Shown here: one piece after another, positions 13,701 through 29,218 of the stretch | Layout: each line of letters opens with the position of its first letter | Numbering within the stretch: position 1 is the stretch's first letter | Source: Trichoplax adhaerens | Lineage: Eukaryota > Animalia > Placozoa | Assembly: GCF_000150275.1 (NCBI RefSeq) | Contig: NW_002060952.1 | Span: forward strand, 642,482-706,481 | Length of the DNA stretch: 64,000 nucleotides | Direction: 5' to 3' | Notes under the pieces: model-generated | What the model was told of the DNA's origin: nothing | Databases searched by the model: none | What the model saw: only the letters and a program-made list of their open reading frames with translations | Made by a program: the position numbers and the translations under genes

Positions 13701-16700
13701 TTACGACCTTAAGGTAAATTAATTAGATTACAGGAACAATTTGATAGTGGGATGACGGTGATATGATTGATATTTGTTAACGGATAGATAAATTATCACT
13801 AACAAATTAATGACCAAAAATCCTAACAATTACACCTAACTGAACACTATGTTTACTCGAACCAAAGCGTAGGTTATATCGATCTCTCATAAATTAAACT
13901 CCTTCCTTGTTATTTAGACTAACATATTTTAAGAAAAAAATGAAAAGTAGCTTTCAGATATACTTGAATTACGGTTTTTACTATTGGCAATTTTTAGAAT
14001 ATTAGAGAAAAGTTATGTTATTATTTAATTAGGAAAAATAACAAGCAATTGCAATAACGTAGTACGTACCGTACCGGTGATCGATTTACAGTAATAGAGC
14101 GCCTACGTGGAAAATTATCAATCTACGTTTATAGCCTATTATACGTTGAAGTTTTATACTGCAGTAGTAATTACAAATTTAACCTTCGGGTTACAGTAAT
14201 AACACAAATTAAACTACGTAGAATTAATTAATTAATGTAGGTATCGTATGAAAGAATAACGGAGATTTTATAAGCTAAAATAGCAAAAATACATAGATTA
14301 ATTGACAAATATCAAAAATACTGTTCGAAATACAGTAGAAGCACTACTAGGCATGGTATATCTAACCAATCTCTACTATAAAAAGTAAAGCAAACAGCTT
14401 TTTGTCTGATTCATGATTAAAGAAGATAAGAGAACGCTATAATATAGTATACGAGCTCGTAGTTTACAATATATAAAGGATCAATTTTGAGCTGTGTACT
14501 ATGTTAAGCTGTTTATATTACTTTTTGATAGTGTCCGATGGTCATTATGATAGAACAAGGGTTAGAATAACCCTATAGTTAAAATAATAATAATAGGATT
14601 AACAATTGAAATGATCTACTATATCGTTACTTATTCCGCTACAGTAATACAGATACAATGAATGCGTAGTGATCCAAAAAGAAAATTCAATAATCATCCA
14701 CCACTTTTGCTACTGTATATGATCAGAATTAACAATATATGATAATCTTATCTTAGAATGGTGGTTAGGATTAATCAAATAGAAATAATCTTATCGATAA
14801 ATTAGAAGTAATGGTGTAGTTAAACAAAAGATGATATAAAAATTTTCCTTTTATCGAGTTAAATGGAGTCAAATCGGCGCATCGAATAAATCTTAATAAT
14901 TTGAAGTTAAACAGTTATTGTTTTACGTTAGTGCCATCACAATCATTTTTTCTAGGTTATTTACTAATAATTAATCATAGCGATTTATATTTTACCTTAA
15001 TTGTCTATCGATAATTTAAGTTATGCTGAATAAAGTTATTTAGATAATCACCCCCATCGATAGCATGAATGCCCGGTAGATTCAATCACGTCACGTTATT
15101 ATTTTATTAATATGTATTATTTGACCAACTGGAAAATTTTCATCTGCTGTACTTGACACAATTTCTATTTTTGGGGGATTCTGTATCTTTCTTTCAGCCA
15201 TCTTTGTCTCTACATAAGACTACCCATAATTATAAATCTCCTCAATGATAAATGACAAAAACTCGGCTGGTTGCCTTGAATGTAGAACGTGTTTAAATAA
15301 AAACATTCTTTCTATTGCTATTGAATTTGAGGAATATTGCTGCATAGCAAGTAAGAATAGCTACTTGATTGTGAGAAATTACTTACAATAATTGTTTAGC
15401 TGTGAACGATTCTTCTAATTTATTTAACTAGACGATGAAGAACTGTATTCATTGGCAGATCACAGAAGTTATTTTCTAAAAAATGTGCATTGATCTATGA
15501 TCTCCAATAACCACTAAAAGTAACGTGTTGTCTCTCCATTTTTATATTTTAGTTACACAATTACTTCAGTGAGAATTGACTCGATTCTGATTAAATTCAA
15601 TGTTATTTCCCCCAAATTTCAACTCATTCTGGGTAATGTTGACCATATAAATTTACACCTTACGTGTTTGACTATTGTTGACTTATTAGAAGTTAATTTT
15701 TCTTCTTTTTCAAGTACATTATCGACTTGGATAATTAATTGATTGATATAACATTACCCAAGGTCGTAAAGGATAAATGACTAGAGGTACCATATCAAAT
15801 GTCGACAATATCATCATCTTCGCAGATTGAAATCAGACATTGTCTCTAAATTTTATGAATTACATTGATCTAATAAAAATAATGTCAAGCGTATTTTACA
15901 ACATCAAACAATAACTTCTACCATTAATACGACCAAATTGCATATAGAATAATATTACAAATAAGATGAAGAAATAGATGACATCATCCAAATTAATAGT
16001 GTAGCTATTGATTTCATCACTATTGGGCTCAATTGACACCATTTGTTAAAATAAACTACAGGGGACCCCTGATATAACCTGTCAAAAATATATTCACTTG
16101 TTTTTACTATTTCAAACTATTCATCAACATTCAATTGCAGTAAAAAAACACAGAAAAAATCTTATTCAATTTTATAACCGACTCAGAAATAAATTACTGA
16201 AGTATACTCATCCAATATAATACGATTACGCTGATTTGAATTATAGCATTATCACCTTATGCTAATTTAAAGGCTTGATTAACTTAATGCAGATCAATCG
16301 TTCACTATTGTTGTCACTCGTTACTGTCATTTGGATAATAATCCGTTTCCAATAATTTTCTTTAACTTGATCTCTTCCTGTTATGTTTTCGCCAATATAT
16401 TAACTCAATTTATTTCATTCCTTATTGAATTATCATTTTATCTCTCATAGGGGTATTTCTAATAATTTTAATGACATTTGTTTTGGTTATCATTTTACGT
16501 ATAGTTATATACGTGCTTGTGATGTAAAAAATATGATGACGAGAAGTTAGAGGAGGTACTACTTTAAACATCGAGTGAATCATTCGTTCAATTTTTTGGA
16601 GGCTACTTGCTGTCCTCAACATCTATCGTATAAATATAGATATACTCTATTAGTCTAAATCTTACCGTAAATGATTCTTATTTGATGCAATATTAGTATT

Positions 16701-19700
16701 CAAAGTTTGATAGATTATAGAGGAGGAGCAATAATTTTAATTATGACTAACATTTTAGCCGATCAATTTTGAATAATTTGTTCAAATCGTATAGAGCAAT
16801 TATGAAGTTAATCTACTTGTCGAAGTTTCTTATTCATTACTGCCGTAACAATAACAGTTTAGTCGAATTCAGAAAGTAATCTATCTAAACAGATGTTTCT
16901 TCCTTAATTTTCAAACAAGAAGTCAATATATACCCTTGTTATGCCTCTAATATAACTATTATAATGGGGCTGTTACTAGGAATACAAGCCTCAATAAGAA
17001 AGTTGATTCCATAAAATTGATATGAAACAAATGGCTGCGATCAATGTACAGCCAATTTGACTTCATTAGCCTATAATTTCATCATCTTGATCTATCTGTC
17101 AACAAAATGTAACAGATGACGAGTATTATAGTCATTGTTTGTGGATATAAATCAAACAAAGTTTATTACCATTTTTTTTGCTATGCTGTTCATTTAGATA
17201 ATACCTCTGCCATTAATTAACGGATTGTTTTTCGTATTGATTCTAAATCAAGATCAGGTTGATCAAATAATGACAAATTTTAATATTAAAGAAAATTGTG
17301 TACTTTAGAATGTAAACTAGACGTGCTATTTTCTTTTACGTTTATTAGCGTCTACGTAAACGTTTTATTCTCTGTCTCAAATTTTTTACGTGCTGTACTC
17401 TTTTATGCTTTCTTCATTTAAAGAAACTTAATGTGATATTAATGAAAAGTTAAACAAACAATAACGATAATAAGAAGGATAAAGTTACATTTTAAATTTA
17501 TCTTCGATTGATAAAAAAGTAGTTAATACAATTGATTATTGAAAGATTATTATAACTCGATAGAAGGTATTTGTGATGAGTTAATTTTAGGTTGAACAGG
17601 AAGGAAGAGGATATTGATTAAAGAATACTTCAGCTGAGATTAGTTTGAAGATGACATTGATCATCATTAATTCAATTCAAATAGATTTAACTGAGTTTTA
17701 ATTGAACCTATTTATTATCATTGAGATGTAAGATAAAAAACAGAAAATAACAATCACGTCTGAATGATAGTCAAAAATCTACATAGCCTCTAGTTATTTA
17801 ATTGAATTGAATATGAAATCATTTAATATACTGTAAAGCACTATATCATGTTGATGGGGGCCGACCAAGTAGTTACTTAAGGTTAGTATTTTATCTTGCA
17901 ATAGTATTAATAGAATATTGGTAACGGCGGATTTAAAAGGGTGATAGCTTTCGTCATGATGATTTCTAAAGAGCTTTTTGAACACCTTAAACAGTTTTAT
18001 ATAGTAATAAAGACATTAAAGCAGCAGAAGAATGAGAGAAAATGAGAAGATATTAAATTATCTATAGCGATTGAATAACACTTTATTCTCTTTCTTGTTA
18101 CGGTATGCAATTAAGAAAAATGCAAGATACTTCGATATCCAATCAAATATCCATGGTGATGACTTATTAAACTATAATATCCGTAGTTAATCAAAAGATA
18201 CAGGTATGATGGCTAATCTTGATTCCTTTTAGAACCTTCTTCAAAGGGGAACTACGTGTCACAATATCCTCAATTTTAAAACATCATTCTTCATTTTAAT
18301 AGACATCCTTGGCATGTAATACTATCATTTGTTAGCTTGTCTTACCAAACTGATATAAAATTTCAAATTTTCTACATCTATCAATCAATCAATTAATCAA
18401 TCAATCGCCCATTAAAAAATAAAAATATATTTAATATCATCTTGATTACCTTATAACTAATCATTTCCATTATCTAGACGCTATTTCAATAAAAACTTAA
18501 TTATCCATCTAAACTATTATCATTGATTTGGGGGTATATATTCATAAATATTTTAAATAGAAAAATATCAACGATTTTGGTGGTAAGATTCTTTTCGACC
18601 ATTAGGCTAATAATCATCGCAATTATTGATTGCTAAGAAGCGAGTGATTTACTTCTCGGTCATCTCTACATTTATTTAATATCTTGAGAACTTATTAAAG
18701 CATTGATATCTTCAAATAGCGATCGTTTATGAAGTTATTTAACTAGTATTGATAGATGTCAGAGTTTAAGAAACATGATTTTTGAATCAATGTATGTTTT
18801 TATATCAATTTTGTTATATAATTACCATTAACTTATTAATCAACCTGATCAGTGCATCATATCAATTCCATCTGTGTTAGTATATTGTCAAGAAGGGTAT
18901 AAATAATAACAACAACAACAAAAACACAAAAAGACTTTATTATCATTGATTGAGAAGCTAAGACAAGGAGGTAAGTGTCTAAAAATATGCAACATAAGAA
19001 AACAAGTATTGATTTTCTTCTCTTATTTTAAAACGTTTCAATGATATTCGTGTTATTACCATCAAATTCTTTATACGAGATTAGAAATACAGTTAGTGTG
19101 CAAATGAATAGAGGTTGTCCTTAATGAAAAAAAAGGATGGCATGAAAATGAATGAGTAAAAGTCACTTAGTCATTCTGTACAGAGTGCAAGAAATAAAGG
19201 AAATCATAAGATAAACTTATATCAATATCTACTTTATCCATAAGTAGTTACCCGTTCGTGATGCATGACTAAGAAATAAAACATTAAGACGCGAACAGAG
19301 ATTGTTTCATTGAATTATAGTTCTCTAAATATATCATTATCTTCTTTTTTTTAATTTAGGTATTAATTTTGTCATCTAATTGCATAAGATAAACTTTATC
19401 CCATAAATCTTCCAATAGAGTAAGAAAATGTCGATTTCACTTAAAATTAACATCCATTAATAATGTCAGCGATTAGATCCCTATGACATCTTTCTATTTT
19501 ACAATTTTGTATTTTCAACCCGACTAATTCTAAAATTAGTTTTAAATGATTTGATTTCATTACATATCATAGGGAGAATAAACAAGATGAGTACTGTTGT
19601 ATGTTTTGATGACAATCCAAGAGGGAAGTAAATTGATAACCGACGCAGTTATAATGAGTAGATTAATGATGTCCATATTGAAATTTTATCGATCGCCAAT

Positions 19701-22700
19701 CGCCTTGTTGATACAATTCGATCACCCCTGCATGATATTTTAAAATCAAATCTTGTCTTGTCTTTACATACACGTCATTGAAGTTGGGAAATAACTACGT
19801 TAATAAACTCCAACAATAGTCCATTAAAATCAGTTAAGATGATTAGGTCATGATCAAAGACAAATGTTCTTCCGTAACAATAATAGTCCAAGTAGTAGTT
19901 TGATAAAGTATAGAATATAATCGCAGCAAGGGCTCAACATCCAGCTGTTTAGATTAAAACACCGTTGGTGGTTGATTGGCAACACGACATCATGCATAAT
20001 AGCAATTCAGGTACTTATATGAGGATTATTTTATTCTCTGTTGGACTCATCATGATGATTGTTTTCGTATATCAAGTTAGTTCCAACAAATACTACCGGT
20101 TTATTAAGCATAAAAAGGAGAAAAAAATGAAAAGCCATGAAGAGTGTACAGTAACAGATAGAAAAATAAAATTAGAAGTATCTGATTTTATGCTGATCTA
20201 TTTGTAAAGATATGCATCTAATACGACAGCCATATTTCCTTTATAATTTTTGATTTCCTCTATACTTTTTATTCTATGTGTCTATATGTACGCATATGCA
20301 TACATATAAACAAATATCTATTTTTTTATCCCCTATTCTCGTATTGTCCTCTATCATAATTTGTTATTATTAGCTATTGACTCGAGAGTTACACAACTTT
20401 ACTTATTGGATTGAATAAAATGTGCTGTTGAAAATCGATTAATTGAATCAATATTTTTCTTCCTTCTCTGTCTTTACCGTTGCTTTGACTAACTTAATTT
20501 GATAAAGTTAATATCTTTATTTTGATAGCCTAATGTTGTACTACACTATTTACGTTGATTTTAACTATATTGTCGTTTTCTATCTAGAAATAGATGGAAA
20601 TTGATTCCATTTAGGTAGATATTATGTCGTGCTATTTGCTTGTTGCTAATTTAATTCAATGTAGTCTGATTTCTAAGACAATCGTCCAAAATCTCGACAG
20701 GTTTTCTCCTTGTCTTTCTTTGGTGGTACACTACTCTATCTTTGATTTATTATCCCTGTCACGATGATATAACGTAGATAGAGATAAAATAAAATAATCG
20801 AATTAAGAAAGAATGACAAATACAATTAAATAGAATAAAAGAAGGGTACACCAAAGTGAATCACCTGGCCTACAGTGTGGTTTATAGTATTATCAATGAT
20901 AGAGTAAGCAAACAATACAGTGTAGAATCAAATTAGTTGAAAGAATTCTCTAATGCCCACCTAGCTTTTTGAACCCTTAGTCCTTATCTCTTTAGCGTAA
21001 TTTTTAGTTTAGCTATGAAAGGATAATAAAAGAAAAGGTATAAAAGACAGGTTCTAAATTCTATTGAAATACGTGTGAGAGAATGAAAGAATAGAAATCA
21101 GTTAGCAGGAGGTGTGGGTGGTAGTTATCGGCAGGAGATAGAATAATGCAACTTTTAAAAATATAAGCAAGTTAATTGAATAGCCAATTCTATTTTTTGT
21201 TGGCATCAATACGCACATGTTGTACGTCAATTTGATAGATGGTTATATAATTCCAACGTACAGTTCAAATTCTTTCATTTACTCAATCACTTCTTGTGAT
21301 CAGAATCATTTCTAAATCTTTCAACTCTTGGGCTCGCTCTCTATGGACAGTTCTTCTAGCGTTGCAACAACAATATTAGCCATAGCTTGACTTCTTCTTT
21401 GACTTTAATTATACATAATTTTGCCTAATTTCTGTTCATTTGAAAATTTTTTTTAACGATCCTATTGGCATTGGTTCGCTATCTATCGTACTACATATCG
21501 ATTTTGTCAACTGTAATTAAACATTTAACAACATTCTATTTCGATCAATTAGATCATTACACATACTGTTTTAAATACGAAAATTACCTTTATCGTTGTG
21601 CTGTAAAATTTACCGATCGGTAACTATCCACTAGACGCTTTAATACCTCTTTCTGCTTTGGAGGCGATAATATACAGAAACGAAAAAGATTTGGAAAAAA
21701 ATAAAAAATTGATTGCTTTCTCGCAAACCCATCGAAGTATTCAAATTAACACAAGGTAAAAAATGACTTCATTTACGCGTGACTTGAATATCGTAAATTG
21801 TTTATCTTATCGTATCTATATTTATGCCGTTATGGTAGTTTTTTCCTTTTATCTATCAAAATTAATTTATCTATTTTTTAATTCTATAATAAATCATTGA
21901 TGTAATTGCGCCAATGATAATAATGAGTATTTTAACACGATCGACTTGTTTTTTATTGATATTGCGTTAATATTGATATTAGCGGGTTGAATAATAACTA
22001 ATTTTAACCTAATTTTAGGTTCGGTCATGAAGTAGTGTAGTCATTGTAGTAGTGTTGGCCCAAAATATCATTGGCAAATAGTATTGTAGTTCATGATAGG
22101 ATTGAAATCGTAAATTCCATCGCATTACGGTCTATACTTGTATTCTTGTTACTTGCCACTTCATAATTTTAAAAGTACGATGAGAAGCAATTAAAATTGA
22201 AGAATATCGGCTTAACGTTAGCTCAAACTCCATTGATTTATTATCTTATTAGCTCATCCTATTTAACTATAGATAACAAAGTCGATACTATTTGTATTGA
22301 TTGATCATTTGAACAATACAGTAGTGAAGGAGAAGGAAGATCCATTTAATAGCAAGTGATACTTTCGGTCTGTTGTTAGTTTACGTATTCAATGTTAATT
22401 ATGTTAATGAGAATAAGCGCTACATATTATTTCCAATCAAGAACTAGTTATCGATAGGTGAAAAGTATGAGGAATATAGACTCTAACATAAACCCGTACT
22501 AGGACTACTGCACTTTACATTTAATTGAAATTTTAGGTTTAAATTTTGTTATTCAAACTCTTTCACATGTATAGAAAAATACTATAGCAAAATTTTCACT
22601 TTCAATCAATTTAAAGTTATGGTACATTGTTTACTATATAGGATTACTATCACATTTTATTATTTTTAAATTTCTTTTACCGTATCTTCTTTTGTCTTGT

Positions 22701-22937
22701 TCGTGTTCACCTTTTGCTGTATCGATAGGATATTTTATGAACAAGCTAATCGGCTTGGACCCATTGAATATAGACATGTGTATTGTGACAGATGTATGAT
22801 ATCTGATAGCTTATTTACTACAGTATTTACTGCACTTTCGCAATCTTCGACTTTTATTAATAAGGACCGTTCTCTATCTTTATATCTTGATCTATGTAGC
22901 TTTTCACTAGACGCAAGAGTGAAAAAAATTTTCCAGT

Positions 22938-24239
22938 ATGGTTATTGTAGTTGAAAATAATCCTAACCCATCAATCAATACTTTATCTAATCGTCATAAT
23001 GATCAACGACGTCAGCAACAACAGCAAACAGATCCGGTGACACAACTTGTAAAAAAGAAAAGATTTAATATTGAAATTGAAGAAGATGATGATGAAACTA
23101 TTGAAGATGAGCATCCGCTTTGTGATAAGATATCAAATCATGATAGCCGAATTAGAATGATGGAAAATCACCAGCGACAAGTTGGCAATAAAACCAAAGT
23201 TAGCGCCGAAAACGATAGCAATGTCGATCCCGATGATAAATTAATAGATGATGCGGCTAGTAGTACAAGTCAAAACAACGACAGTAATAGTAATAACAAA
23301 AATACTAAAGGAATTATCCGCAACGAATTTGGTGAGAAACCGCCTTATTCCTATAATGCCTTAATTATGATGGCAATTCGCAATTCAAGCGAGAAACGTT
23401 TAACCCTTAATGGTATATACGAATTCATCATGAAAAATTTTCCTTTCTATCGTGAGAATAAGCAAGGTTGGCAAAATTCCATTCGGCATAACCTTAGCTT
23501 AAATAAATGTTTCATTAAGGTACCACGAAGTTACGATGACCCTGGCAAAGGAAACTACTGGATGTTAGATCCTTCAAGTGAAGATATGTATATCGGTGGT
23601 ACATCAGGTAAACTACGACGCCGATCATCTAGTCGCCGTATGAGAACATTCGCTCATTCACCAGTATCTGCAATGGCTGACTATTTGCAATACGGTGCTG
23701 CTGGTCTTTCTACTCTATCCCGATCTCCGTATTGGCCTGGTTTACATTCCGCTTATTCATCACGTATTTGTAGTCCGGCAGTTTATCCTACACATACGCC
23801 AACATCTCATCATCCTAACCAACACCTTACATCATCTCCATACCCAGGCTATCCACCTAATCCGGCACATCATCATCGTGTTGCAGCAGCTGCTCTGCTG
23901 GCACCTTCATCAGTTCCGTCAATCCAATCACCAGCGGTTTATTCTCACTACTCTCATCCCATGATTAATTCATCTGTTATGGCAACTCCCAACTTAACTA
24001 AATCAAATAACGAGTTACCAGTTGACAGATTAATTTCTGTTGGCTCGTCTGCCGTAGTTAAACCTTCCAGTTTAGCTTACAATCAAAGCGCAAGCCCATC
24101 ATTAATGGCAGGCACACCGCCAAAATATAGCCTGCAAATTCCACCAGTTTATCCATACCCATCGTCCTTACCTATGAAAGATATATTAGCTGCTACAAAT
24201 GATCATCGTTTTAGTGATCGTAGCTACATGCTACAATAA
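22938..24239 (+). CDS. FoxG: Forkhead box transcription factor, FoxG class (FoxG1/sloppy-paired family), single exon, 433 aa
   Basis: Forkhead domain [80 protein letters not shown] followed by the FoxG-diagnostic [12 protein letters not shown]; C-terminal LPVDRLI motif; Pro/His/Ser-rich tail. Confidence 0.96.
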   Translation: MVIVVENNPNPSINTLSNRHNDQRRQQQQQTDPVTQLVKKKRFNIEIEEDDDETIEDEHPLCDKISNHDSRIRMMENHQRQVGNKTKVSAENDSNVDPDDKLIDDAASSTSQNNDSNSNNKNTKGIIRNEFGEKPPYSYNALIMMAIRNSSEKRLTLNGIYEFIMKNFPFYRENKQGWQNSIRHNLSLNKCFIKVPRSYDDPGKGNYWMLDPSSEDMYIGGTSGKLRRRSSSRRMRTFAHSPVSAMADYLQYGAAGLSTLSRSPYWPGLHSAYSSRICSPAVYPTHTPTSHHPNQHLTSSPYPGYPPNPAHHHRVAAAALLAPSSVPSIQSPAVYSHYSHPMINSSVMATPNLTKSNNELPVDRLISVGSSAVVKPSSLAYNQSASPSLMAGTPPKYSLQIPPVYPYPSSLPMKDILAATNDHRFSDRSYMLQ

Positions 24240-25948
24240 GAAAATGTCATAAGAAGCGAAAACTGGTATAACTAAGGCGCTTCCTGTTGATTTTGTATAG
24301 GTATTGAACCCATTCAGATGGGTAGGCATTAAAAATTGACATTAGTTATATCATACTTTAAGCTAATCGTAGAACCCATTTTATTCTAACTTGTGCAGTA
24401 AAGAGTTAATAAAATACAGTAGAATCCTATATTTTATTCTGCTTAATAGCTGTCGTGTTTAATAATCCTGAACCGATGGCTATCGACAACCATGAATTCC
24501 TATTGTCTAGTAATGTCCAGTCGTCATAATTGCTCTTAAGTAAGAAACTTATAACACGTTTAACTTTACCAAACTACTTTAAATCTCAATGAACTTCGAC
24601 TGATTCCAGCATTACTCAATGGTCATTATTCAATACTGGCATAGATTTAAAGCAATTCAATTTACTGAATAATTGTAAAGATGATCCTAGACAAGGAATT
24701 AAAATTAAATTTACTCCTATAATGTGAGATATTATAGTCTACATAATAGGAAAAGTAACGGCAGATTTATTAGATACAAATTCAGTTTTCAAATGATTCA
24801 TTTTGATGTGATCTACTTCGTATGCATATACCAATATCGTTTTCATTTGAAATATATGCTACATCGCTATTGCTTTAGATTCTACCAAGAATGAATTTTA
24901 TAATCGTTGTAGAACTCTGTTTTGACGCAGAATGAAACTATTCAAAAAGCTGTATTGATTATAGAAGTTACATTTCTTCGTAGTGTTCACTATTATTATC
25001 AAGAGAATTCGGTTAGAGTAATACTGACCGATATAATTTAGTGCTAGTTTTTATCCCTCTCGTACACTTATAATTCGATTAATCATTTGAAGTTTTCTTA
25101 GATACTTCACAAACAGCATTAAATTAATTACAAGCTAATTGTATTGGCTTTAACTAAGTAATTCTGTAATTTGACTAAAGAGAATATGCAGATGTTGATA
25201 TTAAAATATTATCTTGTTCAAATCTGGAACTTTGCTTCTTTTTTATTATGCAAGTACGCTAATTGCTTGATGTATGACATAATAATCAATCATTGTGGTA
25301 GTTTTAATTTTAGTGTTGGTTGATGATATATTGGATTAATATCAGAGAGGCTAAATTTTCCAGTATTGGCCTTAAATGACTTTGATGCTTATTCTCATTA
25401 TATCTCATGATTTATTTCATGAATGTTCCTCTGTTTTACAACGATTTTATATTAATACAGAGGATCTGTAAAATATCATTATAGTCAGTAATAATTACTT
25501 GCAATAATAATATATTGAATATATCACAAGATAGGATATCCTCAAATCTTAGGCAAGTTTTTACATAGCACTCGATGTGATTAATTTATACATCGTTTGC
25601 TTTTTAATTGACATCGATATCTACTGAATTATATCCTCTTTATAATCGCTAAGTTATGATTATTTTTTCTTGTTAACAATATCTGTATTAACAAGATGCA
25701 CTTATATCATGTCTGCTTCTATCTCAAATATTTTACTTCATGCCCGCTACTGATTTACGATTACGCCTAGTTATAAATACCTATGAAATAGACACTTTTA
25801 CTATAGCTGCCGTAGGTCAATTTTTAATCTATTCCGGCCGTAATAGAACGAAATCTTCATTTTGCTGACTATACAGCTCTTTTCAATCTTTGAAGATTCT
25901 CAACTTAATTCTATTTCATCTCTATCCATATCACATCAATATCTGTCA

Positions 25949-25970
25949 TATATATATATATATATATATA
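25949..25970. repeat. (TA)11 microsatellite
   Basis: Direct inspection. Confidence 0.9.
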
Positions 25971-28921
25971 ACACAATGTCTAATTCTGAATTTTCTGTAT
26001 AGTATTAAAGGAAATTGCAGACAATAAAAGATGATAATTCAATCTTAAATTTTGAATCGGTAGTTGTTTAGAGTGAATTTATAGTTGGTTTGCCGTACGT
26101 TATAGGTTTGACTCGGTCTAATTTAATTTGCTTAGAGCGTGAAATAGGTAAGGGAAAGGGTGCAAGAGTTGAATAAACAAATTTAGATAGATAAATTAAA
26201 TATTTACTGACGCCTACGGCTGTTATTATACTTAATTATTGTGCGCTAGGTAGCGACGTACGAGTAAGCAACTTCTGCATTCGCCTAATGTATCATCTAG
26301 CAAACAATAATTCTTCCAAGGTTTACCTTAGTTTGTTAAAATAAATTAAAGAGTATCCAGTTATCATCTTCGTATCCCACAGACTATAGATACTATCCGT
26401 ATCAGTAACAAATAAGTCACTAATATACGCTAATCATCCGATATTTTATTCGTAACGCTCATTAGTTATGATTATACTTCCCAATGGTGTAAACTTGCAT
26501 TTATTAATGCGGTACGGATAAATATGCGATTAATGTACATTATGTCTAGCATCGACTTTCTGTGAGATTTTTGATATCTAAGAATAGAATTGATTATTTA
26601 CGAGACTTTAATATATAGACGTATCCAAAGGTAATGGTTTAATGTCAAATTTCTTGGAAATTAATTTTGAGCATTAAGATGAAAACTATTTCTTATGCGA
26701 TTTAGATCAACTTTTCTAGGAAAACAATCACGTTTAGCATACATAGGTTATTACTTGTACATTTATTATTTATTCGGTAATGACGATTGTTACGAAAAAT
26801 TCGTTACCGCAATTTTATTAATTTACTGTTATTCTTCATAAAGAGTACTAGGGCAGAAAAATGGAACAATCAAGAAATATAATGATAAAAAAAGCTCAGC
26901 TTAGTTTTCCTTAATTTTTTTTAATTATTGCAAATGTCAAAATATGACTTTACTAAATTAGAGAAAAAAAGGAGGCAAATAAAATCCTTGAAGAAAGGCA
27001 AAGTAAATACAAAAGGCAATAGCGGTAGTTTCACATGTTAATCAATTGCCTAAAATTCAATGCTTTATTCTAATCCTTCAATTATTTGCTAATGGTAATG
27101 TCATATACTATTCTTTATGCTATGTATACGCCTAGATGGATATTCAGTATCAACTAGTATCGCATACATGTAAATAAGGGAAATTATACTGGTAATTTAT
27201 GTATCTTCTAATACATATATATTTGAATATTCACAATTTTAAATTCAAATTAAACGGCTTTACTAATTAATTTGGCCTAGAATGACTTATCTGCGATTTA
27301 TTAACGTATGATGACATCAATAGTATAAATTGTTAGTATGCCAGAAGATTGAAATATGAATAAAATATAACTTCTAGTATTGATTGTGATCATTTATTTA
27401 TTTTATTTACCTATTATATTTTATAAATAATAGATAATTATCCTAATTGAATGTGTAACTGCTATTAGAGCCGACAATGATTATAGCTTTGTGTAAGATT
27501 TTGTTAAAGTCCTATACTCTATAATTTTAAAGAGTTTGGATTTTACTTTTATCCATTCTTGTAGAATGACTCATTGCAATTGAATTTTAACTATATTTTA
27601 TTTACAAATCGTCACTGATATCTGTAAAAGAAGTAATTGGTAGTCACTTTAAAGATGTCCATTAACCATGTTATTGTAGAGTAATATTGAGTTAGATGGA
27701 TAATGAATAATATGATCAGTGTTTCAGAAATTTCTAACATAACTGTTCAAGTTGTTCGATCTGACTTGACTTAGAGTTAAATACTGATAATATGATTTTG
27801 ATAGAAAATTGATATGCTTGGCATATTCATTGGGCTCATGATTAAAACTGCTTGGCAGTATTTATCATGCATGAAATAATGAATTATACGAGTACATTTG
27901 TAGTTGTGAATCGACAGATGCAGTTTACTAGCTACGAGAGTTATTCATTTTCACTTTCTTAATGTTTGTATTATACTATGGCAACAATCATCACTGGCCA
28001 AGATTGATGAAAGTAAAAATCACTTTGATTAGGTATCAATCAGACAGTCACAAAGCCTTTTCATGTGCACGACCAGGAGTAAATTATTTTTTAAATTTTT
28101 TATATTTTGTTCTGTCCATTTCTTTTATGCTACCATGTTCTGATTGAACATTTTGATCGTTGTTAAAATTCGATTCTTTAAATACATCAGATTTAATGGC
28201 CCATTAGCCATTCCGCTTTACTGTTTTTCTCTTACCCGATATTTTATTGGACATGCCAAATCAGGCAATGTAGCAGTGTATATCGCAACTTTTGTGTATC
28301 TTTTCACTGGTGTTTACAATATCAACGTGTTACACGTTTCAAAAAGTCGTTTCTCAAGGATAACATACTCGTAGTCTATTTCAATGCTAAAAGCATTGCT
28401 TTTGCTATAAAATGTAGTTCCAGCTTAGATGCTAGCAATGCAAGAAGTAGAATATTGCTTATCTCAATCTTGGATCAATATGATACTATCGGCAACATTG
28501 TGGCAATTTGCATTAGCAATTCACTTTACTGTTGTTGCTGGAAAATGAATTTTACTGGGTAGGAAATAAGTGAAAGTTAGAATAAAGAAATTTAGAACTA
28601 TATTCTATATCATTATTATTATTACATCTCATTTTTATTCAGGTTATTTCATTTTTCATTGCTCAATTCGTAATAATATTTTCTTGAAGAAAAATTCACA
28701 GTAAATTGCAGATATCAACGGCTGTCGTCTACTGGAGCTTCAATGGAACTGCTATTGCTGTAATAGGCTTTCATATTTCACTTCAAGTCCTCTATCGGTG
28801 AATGACACTTCTTTATTTCAACATCAATCTAGTCAATGTTAGTAATCCTGTAGGCTGTAGATTGTTCGAGATGTTTTTTGAACGAACTCATTTGTAGGTT
28901 ACAAATCTGAGATGAGTGACG

Positions 28922-29218
28922 TCCAAGGTTGACCCTATTGGACTCATTGGAGCAGTGTATGACGCGTCGAAATTAAGCCTATGATTGGACGTATGCATCT
29001 TAAAATTATTTTTATCACTATCCAAGGTTGACTCTATTGGACTCATTGGAGCAGTGTATGAAGCGTCGAAATTAAGCCTATGATTGGACGTATGTATCTT
29101 AAGATTATTTTTATCGCTATCCAAGGCTGACCCTATTGGACTCATTGGAGTAGTGTATGACGCGTCGAAATTAAGCTTATGATTGGACGTATGCATCTTA
29201 ATATTATTTTTATCGCTA
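28922..29218. repeat. Three tandem 99 bp units, ~95% identical, each with three ATTGG (CCAAT) pentamers
   Basis: Units begin tccaagg at 28922, 29021 and 29120. Confidence 0.95.

Noticed and set aside
23695-23964. 89 aa alternative-frame ORF inside FoxG
   Set aside because: Non-ATG start; a shadow of the Pro/Ser/His-rich coding sequence.
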